Below are positions 26,236-33,901 of a stretch of DNA of 33,901 nucleotides, in pieces. The stretch is from a virus. Taxonomy: Duplodnaviria; Caudoviricetes. The position numbers and the translations under genes are program-made. Location of the stretch: IMG/VR virus record IMGVR_UViG_3300029318_000046, positions 1 through 33,901 of that record, one strand, 5' to 3'. The notes under the pieces are model-generated. The model did not search any database. It saw only the letters and a program-made list of their open reading frames with translations, and was not told the DNA's origin. Numbering within the stretch: position 1 is the stretch's first letter; each line of letters begins with the position of its first letter.

Positions 26236-27147
26236 ATGGCGTTAACAACAACATCAAACTTTAGTGGTAAAGCAGCTGGCTTTTATATTTCAGCAGCTCT
26301 TAAAGAGGCTAAGTCATTGGACTACTTAACCACTATTGAAAACATCAAATTTAAAAGTAACATACAGAAAATGGCTGCGACAGGAATGGTTGCAAATGCC
26401 ACGTGTGATTTTAATGAAGCAGGAACACTAGCAATGACCGAAAATGTGCTAGAACCAAAATTGCTAATGATTAATACAGATTTATGCAAAAAAGATTTAC
26501 TAGATTCGTGGGAGGCTTTACAAATGAGAGCAGGAGCAGGCGCTCCACCACCAGCATCTTTTGATGACTATGTAATTTCTTATTTAAGTGGAATTATAGC
26601 AGATGGAGTAGAAAGTGATATCTGGGCAGGTGATAATGGTGCAGGAAGATTCTTAGGGTTTTTAGATGCAGCAGCAGGTAGTATTGCAACAGGTGCAGGT
26701 ATTGTTACTTCAACAGCTTCAGCAGCTTATACAGCAGGTAACATTATTGCTAACTTACAGCAATTAGTTACTGATTGGACAGCATCTGCAAGTGCAGTAA
26801 ACACAATGTACAAAGAAGATACGTATATATACATGAATAAAAAAACTTATTCTTTTTACATTTCAGCAGTTTCAGCTTTAAATGCGTTCCCTTTCAATAA
26901 TATGGGAGAGTATACGCCTGTATTTGAAGGACATAACATTGCAGTTTGTCCTGGAATGGTAGATAATCAACTTGTTTGTGCTGAAAAATCTAACCTATTC
27001 TTCGGAACTGACTTATTATCTGATCATACAAGAATACAACTTTTAGACATGTCTAGCTTGGATGGTTCTGATAATTTAAGAGTAGTTGCTAGATATTCAG
27101 CAGGAGTTCAGACAGGTATCAACGCTGACATTGTAAGACAGTCGTAA
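26236..27147 (+). CDS. Major capsid protein, copy B (complete)
   Basis: 303 aa after protease and scaffold; HK97-fold-like layout inferred. Confidence 0.85.
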   Translation: MALTTTSNFSGKAAGFYISAALKEAKSLDYLTTIENIKFKSNIQKMAATGMVANATCDFNEAGTLAMTENVLEPKLLMINTDLCKKDLLDSWEALQMRAGAGAPPPASFDDYVISYLSGIIADGVESDIWAGDNGAGRFLGFLDAAAGSIATGAGIVTSTASAAYTAGNIIANLQQLVTDWTASASAVNTMYKEDTYIYMNKKTYSFYISAVSALNAFPFNNMGEYTPVFEGHNIAVCPGMVDNQLVCAEKSNLFFGTDLLSDHTRIQLLDMSSLDGSDNLRVVARYSAGVQTGINADIVRQS

Positions 27148-27164
27148 TTAACTTAATTTATAGA

Positions 27165-27188
27165 GGCAGGGGTGTAAAAACCTCTGCT
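27165..27188 (+). promoter_or_regulatory. Stem-loop after capsid gene, copy B
   Basis: GGCAGGGGT-GTAAAA-ACCTCTGCT. Confidence 0.65.
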
Positions 27189-27215
27189 CCTTTAACCTTT
27201 AAAACATAAAATAAA

Positions 27216-27803
27216 ATGGCATGTACAGCTTTAACAAAAGGTAGAGGACTTGATTGTAATAGAATATCAGGTGGGATTAAGTATGTTTACTTTTCTGTTT
27301 ATGATGATTTTGCAAGATCAGATTGGGCTTATGATTCAACCCATCCACTAGAAATTGATACTATAAACTTTCAATCATCTACTATCTATAGATATACTAT
27401 GCCTCTTGGTGTAGCATCTATAACTGATACTATAACAGGTAGTCGTGAAAATGGAACTGTTTTCTACACTCCTACGGTTAATATCATACTTAATCGACTT
27501 ACAAAAGAGGATCAAAATCAGATAAAATTATTAGGTCAAACTAAGGTTAGAATATTTGTTCAACTTAATGCAACTCATACAGCAACAGGAAATGATGTAA
27601 TTATTTGTATGGGTATGATCAATGGAATGGAACTAAACGCAGGAACTATGGATAGTGGGGCAGCGTTTGGAGATAGAAACGGTTACACTCTAACCTTTGA
27701 TGGTTTAGAGCCAGAGCCTTTTGCTATGCTAGAGGATGTAGCAGCAGGTGGCGAACCATTCTCTAATTCAGGCATAACAGGATTGAGTATAGTAACCGCA
27801 TAA
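27216..27803 (+). CDS. Putative major tail (tube) protein, copy B
   Basis: Homolog of 440-1006. Confidence 0.6.
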   Translation: MACTALTKGRGLDCNRISGGIKYVYFSVYDDFARSDWAYDSTHPLEIDTINFQSSTIYRYTMPLGVASITDTITGSRENGTVFYTPTVNIILNRLTKEDQNQIKLLGQTKVRIFVQLNATHTATGNDVIICMGMINGMELNAGTMDSGAAFGDRNGYTLTFDGLEPEPFAMLEDVAAGGEPFSNSGITGLSIVTA

Positions 27804-27835
27804 AATAATTAGTAGTTTTCATATATTCTTTGATT

Positions 27836-27864
27836 AGAGGGCTTAATGCCCTCTTTTCTTTTTT
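27836..27864 (+). terminator. Rho-independent terminator, copy B
   Basis: AGAGGGC-TTAAT-GCCCTCT followed by T tract. Confidence 0.85.
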
Positions 27865-27869
27865 AAAGG

Positions 27870-27899
27870 CAAATAAATTCGGCACTTTTCTATTATATA
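27870..27899 (+). promoter_or_regulatory. Putative late promoter, copy B
   Basis: CAAAT 27870, 14-nt spacer, TCTATTATATA 27889. Confidence 0.75.
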
Positions 27900-27904
27900 G
27901 TAGG

Positions 27905-28384
27905 ATGATACAAGCAATCACACAAACTAACCTGACTACATTCTTACAAACTGAGGACAATCGAATAGATACTTCAGTTAGTTCAGATAAGATTAGGCAT
28001 TTAGTAAAATTCACTAATGATATGGACAAATCTGTTCAATATGCTTATTCTACTGAGCATTTAATCTATGACAGGTACACTAAGTTTGTTTTTGATTATA
28101 ACGCTACCCCTGATGTTTATACAGGCAGGGTTGACTTTACACCAGCAGGATATTACAAATATGAAGTGTACGAAGTAGCTTGGAGTGGTGCAGTCGCTAT
28201 AAGTGCAGGAAATGCACCTGTAACAGAGGATGATGTATTACCAGTAGCTCCTACTCATGGTGTAGTGCAAGGGCTTGTAACGAAAGGAAAAATGTATGTT
28301 GCTGACAAATCAGGAACAGAACAAGTTAAGTACACACAAAGGCAAGAGCCAAGTGGTACAAATTATATATATTACGGACAATAA
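27905..28384 (+). CDS. Hypothetical virion protein, copy B
   Basis: Homolog of 1108-1593; start MIQ at 27905 matches copy A. Confidence 0.75.
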   Translation: MIQAITQTNLTTFLQTEDNRIDTSVSSDKIRHLVKFTNDMDKSVQYAYSTEHLIYDRYTKFVFDYNATPDVYTGRVDFTPAGYYKYEVYEVAWSGAVAISAGNAPVTEDDVLPVAPTHGVVQGLVTKGKMYVADKSGTEQVKYTQRQEPSGTNYIYYGQ

Positions 28385-28395
28385 AAAAATAAAAA

Positions 28396-28674
28396 ATGGC
28401 AATAGAAAACGTACAACAACTATTAACAGAACAATTAGGCAAAAATGGTAGCACTGTAGTTATGACATCAGGATCAGGTGCTGTGACTGGTGATTATTAT
28501 TGTGCATATTTTCCAGTAGAAACTGTGGTAGCTCAATTAGTAGCTGCTGATGCAACTGGAGAAAGTGCATTACAAACCACAATACCAGCAGGAGTGACTA
28601 TATTTATGAATATTACTACCTTAAAACTAACTTCTGGTGTAGCTATATTGTATCACGAAGGACCAACTACATAA
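28396..28674 (+). CDS. Small beta-rich virion protein, copy B
   Basis: Homolog of 1616-1900. Confidence 0.7.
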   Translation: MAIENVQQLLTEQLGKNGSTVVMTSGSGAVTGDYYCAYFPVETVVAQLVAADATGESALQTTIPAGVTIFMNITTLKLTSGVAILYHEGPTT

Positions 28675-28676
28675 AA

Positions 28677-29429
28677 ATGAGTGCGCTTAAATTAGGACTT
28701 AGTTTAGTATCTAACACTAGGGTTGCTAGTGGTTTTGATAATAAATACTCATTAACTTATGATGGTGTTGATGATTATCTAAATTTAGGTGATGATGTAC
28801 CACCATTAACACCTTTTGCAATAGAAGGCAGTGAGGGATGGAGTTTTAGTATATGGTTAAAAACAGGAACAAGCAAAAAGATATTCTCTAAAAATATTGG
28901 TGGTAGTTCTGAGTATAATTTTGATGTTAGATTTAATGGCAATCCAAAACTAACGCTGTATGATAATGAAAATGGTGGCAATATATCTTACAATATGGAC
29001 ACAAGTATTGCAGATGGTAATTGGCATCACATTGTGTTTACTTGGAATGGTGAAACAGAAGGGGGGGTTGCATCTTATCTTGATGGTAGTATTAAGAGTG
29101 GAACAGATGGTGCTTCAGGTCTTTTTGAAAGCGTACAAGCTACTAATGCTGAATTTAGAATGGCTTATGGTGGTGGCTCTTATAGTGCTATTATACAAGA
29201 TGAATTTTCTGTATTTAACAAAGCGTTACACTCTACTGAAGTGGCAGCACTATACAACTCAGGTGTGCCAAATGATGTTACAGAGATAAGTGGTTGTCAA
29301 GGTTGGTGGCGTAATGGTGATCCAACAGGAACAGGTGCTTTCCCTACTATTTCAGATGATAGTGCCAATAGTAATGATGGAACTATGACTAATATGGCTT
29401 CAAATGATATAATAACTGATGTACCATAA
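28677..29429 (+). CDS. LamG/ConA-like lectin domain protein, copy B
   Basis: YDGVDDY, FSIWLKT, DGNWHHIVFTW, DEFSVFN. Confidence 0.85.
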   Translation: MSALKLGLSLVSNTRVASGFDNKYSLTYDGVDDYLNLGDDVPPLTPFAIEGSEGWSFSIWLKTGTSKKIFSKNIGGSSEYNFDVRFNGNPKLTLYDNENGGNISYNMDTSIADGNWHHIVFTWNGETEGGVASYLDGSIKSGTDGASGLFESVQATNAEFRMAYGGGSYSAIIQDEFSVFNKALHSTEVAALYNSGVPNDVTEISGCQGWWRNGDPTGTGAFPTISDDSANSNDGTMTNMASNDIITDVP

Positions 29430-29443
29430 TAAAAGATAACAAA

Positions 29444-29662
29444 ATGATATATGTAATATACGATATGGCAAATGTAGGCACGATAGATTTTTCACAAGTT
29501 TATCAAACAAGTGTTGATACATTAAGGCTTTCTGTAAATGGTGAGAAAACAATACTAAAGTTTACAGGTGAAACTCCTAATTTTTTAGTTGGTTTGCAAC
29601 AATACACACATTCTGAGATGTTAGAAATAGTACAGACACCTGAATGGAACTTTGAAAATTAA
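29444..29662 (+). CDS. Small conserved protein accompanying LamG gene, copy B
   Basis: Homolog of 2729-2950. Confidence 0.75.
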   Translation: MIYVIYDMANVGTIDFSQVYQTSVDTLRLSVNGEKTILKFTGETPNFLVGLQQYTHSEMLEIVQTPEWNFEN

Positions 29663-29665
29663 ACT

Positions 29666-31744
29666 ATGAAAGACAATATAATTAACATAAACCTAGAAAC
29701 TAGCACAGCACCGATTGTACAAGAAGTACGTGGGCGTGATTGGATTGAGTACGGAACAGATGACTGGAGAAACTTGTACCCACAATTCTTAATAGATTTA
29801 TACTATTCTAGTAGTATTTCTGCTGCTATTATTAACGCTACTGCTGAGATGATTGCAGGTGAAAACCTCATTATAGAGGATGATGATGATAGAAATATGG
29901 ATGCTAGAATTAAGCTGCAAAACTTTATGAATAGAGCAAATGGCAACGAAAGTTTGCATGAAGTTCTAAAGAAAGTAGCTTTTGACTTTAAATTACAGGG
30001 TGCATTTGCTCTTAACATTGTTTGGAGTAAAGACAGAACACAAATCGCTGAAATCTATCACGTGGGAGTAGAGAAAATTAGATGTGCTAGACCAGATGAA
30101 TTTGGAAAAACTAAAGGGTATTATATTAGTGCAGATTGGTCAAATACAAGACAAAACAAACCAAAATATGTTCCTGCTTTCAATACAAATGATAGAACAT
30201 CTGCTAATCAAATATTGTATGCTGGTTTGTACAGTCCTAATATGAATTCCTATTTTACACCAGATTACGTGAGTTGTAATAATTGGAGTCTTATCGATAG
30301 TCGCATATCAGAATATCATCTCAACAATATATCAGCAGGTTTCTCTGGTAGCTTTATGATTAACTTCGCAAATGGCATACCATCTCACGAAGAGAGAATT
30401 CAGATAGAACAAAGTCTTGCACAGAAATTTACAGGACAAAATAATGCTGGTAAATTCGTTTTGACTTTCTCAGATGATAATACTAGAACACCACAGATAC
30501 AAGCTATAAGCCCTAGCGACTTAGACAAACAGTATATTGCTTTACAAGAGCTTTTAACTCAAAACATCCTTTCTGGACATAGAGTTACATCTCCAATGCT
30601 TATGGGTATTAAGAATGATACAGGGCTTGGCTCAAATGTAGATGAATTAAACTCGGCTAGTAACTTTTATTTAAACACAGTTGTTAAGCCTTTCCAAGAT
30701 CAAATTGTAAAACAACTTAGAAAGATATTCCAAGTTAACAATATGGATATGCCTGTTAACTTTGTGCAATTAAAACCTATCACTTTAGATTTTACATCAC
30801 AAGACCTTAAATCGGTTATGACTGAGGATGAAATCAGAGGGGAATTAGGACTAGAGCCATTAGATGTAGAAGTTAGAGAGGATTTAAGCGAAGTAGGAAT
30901 GATAGATGGACAGCCTGTTTTCAGCACCATAGCTGAGGCTGAAGCTCACGCAAAAACTTTAGGGTGTGAGGGGTATCACGAACACGAATATGAAGGCAGG
31001 ACTGTTTATATGGCTTGCGAAGGGCATGCAGAAGCTACTAACTTAGCTGAGTGTGATTGTGAAAAGCAAAAAGATAAATGTGATTGTGAAAAGACAAAGC
31101 TATCAAAAGAGGCAAAAACAGAATTAGAAAAGTTTATTGATCAGTATGGAGAGGATATTCCAGAAGGTTGGAAGTTGATAGATGATGAAATTGTAGATGG
31201 AGAACACCAAGATTTTGACTTTGAAAGTGAGTTAAATAAAGTGGCAAGTGAAAAATTTAACTTTGTCAGAACAGGTAGAGCTAATCCTAATGTAAGGAGT
31301 GAGCAAGATGGGTTAAATAAAGATGGAGATGCGTACTTTAAAGTGAGGTATGTATATACTAAAAACAATGCTTTACGCCAAAGAGGAGAATCAAGAAGTT
31401 TCTGTAAGTTAATGATGGCTACAAAAAAAGTATATAGAAAAGAGGATATTCTTAGAATGTCTACAATACCTGTCAATCCAGGTTGGGGGCCTCGAGGTGC
31501 TGCAACATATAGCACGTGGTTATATAAGGGCGGGGGGTCATGTTTTCATTACTGGAAGCGGCTAATTTTTCAAGCACCTGCTAGCGATGAAGGTTTTGTA
31601 GTTTACCCTGATAACATTACAGCAGACACAATAGTTACAGCTACAAAAGCAAGAAGTGAAGGGTTTACAATTAAAAGAAACGATAGTTTAGTAGCAAGAG
31701 CGCCTAAAACTATGAAAAATGAAGGATTTTTAGAACCAAGATAA
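29666..31744 (+). CDS. Portal protein with C-terminal extension, copy B
   Basis: Homolog of 2950-5040. Confidence 0.85.
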   Translation: MKDNIININLETSTAPIVQEVRGRDWIEYGTDDWRNLYPQFLIDLYYSSSISAAIINATAEMIAGENLIIEDDDDRNMDARIKLQNFMNRANGNESLHEVLKKVAFDFKLQGAFALNIVWSKDRTQIAEIYHVGVEKIRCARPDEFGKTKGYYISADWSNTRQNKPKYVPAFNTNDRTSANQILYAGLYSPNMNSYFTPDYVSCNNWSLIDSRISEYHLNNISAGFSGSFMINFANGIPSHEERIQIEQSLAQKFTGQNNAGKFVLTFSDDNTRTPQIQAISPSDLDKQYIALQELLTQNILSGHRVTSPMLMGIKNDTGLGSNVDELNSASNFYLNTVVKPFQDQIVKQLRKIFQVNNMDMPVNFVQLKPITLDFTSQDLKSVMTEDEIRGELGLEPLDVEVREDLSEVGMIDGQPVFSTIAEAEAHAKTLGCEGYHEHEYEGRTVYMACEGHAEATNLAECDCEKQKDKCDCEKTKLSKEAKTELEKFIDQYGEDIPEGWKLIDDEIVDGEHQDFDFESELNKVASEKFNFVRTGRANPNVRSEQDGLNKDGDAYFKVRYVYTKNNALRQRGESRSFCKLMMATKKVYRKEDILRMSTIPVNPGWGPRGAATYSTWLYKGGGSCFHYWKRLIFQAPASDEGFVVYPDNITADTIVTATKARSEGFTIKRNDSLVARAPKTMKNEGFLEPR

Positions 31745-31746
31745 CT

Positions 31747-32319
31747 ATGGCATACGTATTATTTATATCAGAACAGAAATTAAAAGACAGCACAGCTATT
31801 AACTTAAATGTGGACAATTCTTTAATTCTCCCATTTGTAAAAGAGGCACAAAAGCTGTATGTTGAAACTATATTAGGAACTGAGTTAACACAAAAACTTA
31901 AAGACTTAATTACAGCAGGAACTATTGGGAATGTAGGGAATGAGGCTTACAAGACCTTACTAGATGATTATATTGGAGATATGCTTCCTGGATATTCTCT
32001 TTATCACGCTTTACCATACCTTAGATTTAAAGTAGAAAATGGTAATATATACTCAAAGACTAGCGAAACTGGCACAGCACTTAGTACAGAGGAGGCGCAG
32101 CATTTTAGAGAGGAGGTTTTAAACACAGCTTCTTATTACAGAGAAAGAGCAATAGATTACATAAGAAACAACATATCTAGCTTTCCTGAATATTCTACAA
32201 ATTCTGGTGCAGATGTTTCTCCTACAACTGACAACTACTATGCAGGAATGAATCTAGAAAGACCACAGCAAGGCAATAAATTAACTTTAAGAGATTTCTT
32301 AACACCTGACTTGACATAA
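31747..32319 (+). CDS. Putative head-tail adaptor, copy B
   Basis: Homolog of 5043-5618. Confidence 0.6.
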   Translation: MAYVLFISEQKLKDSTAINLNVDNSLILPFVKEAQKLYVETILGTELTQKLKDLITAGTIGNVGNEAYKTLLDDYIGDMLPGYSLYHALPYLRFKVENGNIYSKTSETGTALSTEEAQHFREEVLNTASYYRERAIDYIRNNISSFPEYSTNSGADVSPTTDNYYAGMNLERPQQGNKLTLRDFLTPDLT

Positions 32320-32441
32320 TGAAAAAATACTATAAAACAAAAACAACTAATATAACTAAGCTAAAGTCCTATTTGGAAACTAAGCCTAAATCAAATAAAA
32401 ATGACAGATCTAAAAGACACTCTACAAGTAGGAATAGCTAA
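32319..32441 (+). CDS. Basic 40-aa micro-protein, copy B
   Basis: MKKYYKTKTTNITKLKSYLE; homolog of 5618-5743. Confidence 0.6.
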   Translation: MKKYYKTKTTNITKLKSYLETKPKSNKNDRSKRHSTSRNS

Positions 32442-32559
32442 CGGATCAGCTATTGGTTTTAGTATTACGGATTGCAATGAAGTTCTTACTCTTGTATCTT
32501 TAATATTAGCAATAGCCTTTACAATATATAAGTTTTTTAAATTAAACAAAGATGCCTAA
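32401..32559 (+). CDS. 52-aa holin/antiholin-like membrane protein, copy B
   Basis: MTDLKDTLQVGIANGSAIGFSITDCNEVLTLVSLILAIAFTIYKF. Confidence 0.7.
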   Translation: MTDLKDTLQVGIANGSAIGFSITDCNEVLTLVSLILAIAFTIYKFFKLNKDA

Positions 32560-32683
32560 GAAACGAAAGCTAAACAGCAACAATCCTAAGTATAACAAAA
32601 ACAAACAGGATGATATTAAAATGCGTAATGAATTTGTTAAAGAAGTTAAGGGCTGTAAAATCTATAAATCATACTTCATCTAG
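32552..32683 (+). CDS. Basic 43-aa micro-protein, copy B
   Basis: MPKKRKLNSNNPKY...VKEVKGCKIY. Confidence 0.65.
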   Translation: MPKKRKLNSNNPKYNKNKQDDIKMRNEFVKEVKGCKIYKSYFI

Positions 32684-32684
32684 T

Positions 32685-33095
32685 TTGAGCCAAGCCAACA
32701 TACTTATTATTAGAAAAACTTTCACTGATAAATCTACTATTGGTGAGTTGTTTTTAAATGGCGAAAAGTTGTGTGATACATTAGAGCTGCCTTATAGAGA
32801 TAATCAAAGAAGAATATCTTGCATACCAGCAGGAGAATATAAGGCAAGATTAAGATACCCAAGAGAAAGTGGAAGTAGAGATTACTTGCACATATTAGTA
32901 AAAGATGTACCAAATAGAGATTATATTCTTTTTCACAGAGGTAATACAGCTAAAGATTCAAGGGGCTGCATACTAGTAGGATTAAAAAGCCAACAAGACA
33001 TTGTTTATAACTCCACTTTAGCATTAGATTTATTACTAAAAGAAATCATAAATTTGGGAGTCACAGAAATGAATTTAATAATCAAAAATAAATAA
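32685..33095 (+). CDS. DUF5675-like protein in the endolysin position
   Basis: STIGEL..CDTLELP..SCIPAGEY..ILFHRGNTAKDSRGCILVG; TTG 32685 start inferred (ORF track starts 32610). Confidence 0.75.
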   Translation: MSQANILIIRKTFTDKSTIGELFLNGEKLCDTLELPYRDNQRRISCIPAGEYKARLRYPRESGSRDYLHILVKDVPNRDYILFHRGNTAKDSRGCILVGLKSQQDIVYNSTLALDLLLKEIINLGVTEMNLIIKNK

Positions 33096-33096
33096 T

Positions 33097-33288
33097 ATGA
33101 AATTTTTAGAAAAATACCTGATCGGTCAGGTTTTAAAATCCAAGAAGTTCTGGTACGCAGTAAGTTCTATTGTTGTGCCTGCAATTGTAAAGTTTTTAGG
33201 AGTTGATGTAGAAACTGCTCAAAACTTATATTACGCACTACTAACTTTAGTTGTAGGTCAAGGAATAGCAGACATTGCAAAGAAATAA
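33097..33288 (+). CDS. Holin-like protein, copy B
   Basis: KSKKFW, hydrophobic helices, GQGIAD; homolog of 6494-6682. Confidence 0.75.
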   Translation: MKFLEKYLIGQVLKSKKFWYAVSSIVVPAIVKFLGVDVETAQNLYYALLTLVVGQGIADIAKK

Positions 33289-33901
33289 TAATAGATACAG
33301 ATTAAAGCCACACGAAATAGTGGCACTACAAAAAATGCGAGAAACCGACACTAGAAACATTCTAGTGATCGGTGACTTGCATGAGCCATTCTCTTTAGAT
33401 GGTTACTTAGATTTTTGCTTAGAACAGTACGAAACTTATAACTGCAATCAAGTTATATTTATAGGAGATATATTAGATAATCACGCATTTTCTTATCACG
33501 AACCTGATCCAGATGGGATGTCAGCAGGTTATGAATTAGAGAAAACAATAGAGAAAGTAGCCGACTGGTACAAAGCATTCCCTGTTGCTGATGTTTGTAT
33601 TGGCAACCACGATAGAATGGCTTCAAGGAAAGCTATGACTGGTGGAATACCTGCTGCTTGGATAAGATCATACAACGAGGTCTTAAATACACCTAATTGG
33701 AACTGGGTAGAATCAATAGTATATGATGATGTTTTGTATGAGCATGGAGAAGGTGGTCAAGCACAAACTAAAGCTAAAAACAACTTAATGTCAAGTGTGT
33801 GTGGGCATACACATACAGAGGCTTATTGTCGTTGGTATGTTGGAAAAAGATATAGAGTGTTTGGCATGCAGGTGGGCTGTGGTGTTAATGCTAACACATA
33901 C
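33275..33901 (+). CDS. Metallophosphoesterase, copy B (3'-truncated by window edge)
   Basis: TTG start; RYRLKPHEI, GDLHEP, GDILD, GNHD, HGEGG, GHTH; absent from ORF track. Confidence 0.9.
   Translation, partial: MQRNNNRYRLKPHEIVALQKMRETDTRNILVIGDLHEPFSLDGYLDFCLEQYETYNCNQVIFIGDILDNHAFSYHEPDPDGMSAGYELEKTIEKVADWYKAFPVADVCIGNHDRMASRKAMTGGIPAAWIRSYNEVLNTPNWNWVESIVYDDVLYEHGEGGQAQTKAKNNLMSSVCGHTHTEAYCRWYVGKRYRVFGMQVGCGVNANTY

Larger units (their letters stand above)
1..33901 (+). mobile_element. Tailed dsDNA phage sequence (about 1.27 genome units of a ~27 kb Bacteroidota-type phage); no host genes
   Basis: Terminase, portal, capsid, protease, tape measure, lysis, NinB/NinG, SSB and sigma genes, densely packed and co-oriented. 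Confidence 0.97.
26774..33901 (+). repeat. Copy B of diverged duplicated block
   Basis: Syntenic with 1-7298; offset about 26.6-26.8 kb. Confidence 0.97.

Noticed and set aside
27830-27904. Extended N-terminus called for the 27830 ORF
   Set aside because: It crosses a terminator and the promoter motif; the homolog in A starts at MIQ (27905).
28960-29289. 109-aa alternative-frame ORF inside LamG gene B
   Set aside because: Fully nested, with no equivalent called in copy A.
1050-31515. All minus-strand ORFs in the track (e.g. 4011-4220, 14386-14652, 25830-26207, 31141-31515)
   Set aside because: They are antisense shadows of well-supported plus-strand genes with no recognisable motifs. Similarity between 1050-1232 and 27763-28029 is explained by the sense genes.
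32610-32684. Extended N-terminus of the DUF5675-like ORF
   Set aside because: It overlaps the conserved MPKKRK micro-gene; TTG 32685 just after that stop is more plausible.
1-33901. Duplication as ordinary terminal redundancy or circular overlap
   Set aside because: The copies are far from identical and differ in endolysin gene and k-mer signature.

Overview
AT-rich tailed-phage DNA with every credible gene on the + strand. It is probably a small (~27 kb) siphovirus-like phage of Bacteroidota (Flavobacteriia-like). This is inferred from A-rich starts without Shine-Dalgarno sequences, a TAnnTTTG promoter and a DUF3127-type SSB. The window holds about 1.27 genome equivalents. The block from capsid C-terminus to phosphoesterase (1-~7298) recurs ~26.6-26.8 kb later (~26774-33901) as a clearly diverged relative, not an identical terminal repeat. 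Positions 1-~14.6 kb almost lack AGCT and GATC, while everything after ~14.69 kb has many. The window therefore looks like two related phage genomes joined inside terL, either an assembly chimera or a natural recombinant. Other signals are a bipartite CAAAT-N14-TCTATTATATA promoter-like motif (6 copies) alongside a phage sigma factor, a terL with no canonical start codon, and a -1 slippery site in a likely tail chaperone. Also seen are a 12-bp-periodic DnaA-box-like array near a DnaA-domain-IV-like gene, an endolysin slot holding peptidase M15 in one copy and DUF5675 in the other, and several coupled micro-ORFs. I saw no integrase, repressor, DNA polymerase, tRNA or CRISPR. Product calls come from motif recognition and gene context, not database searches.
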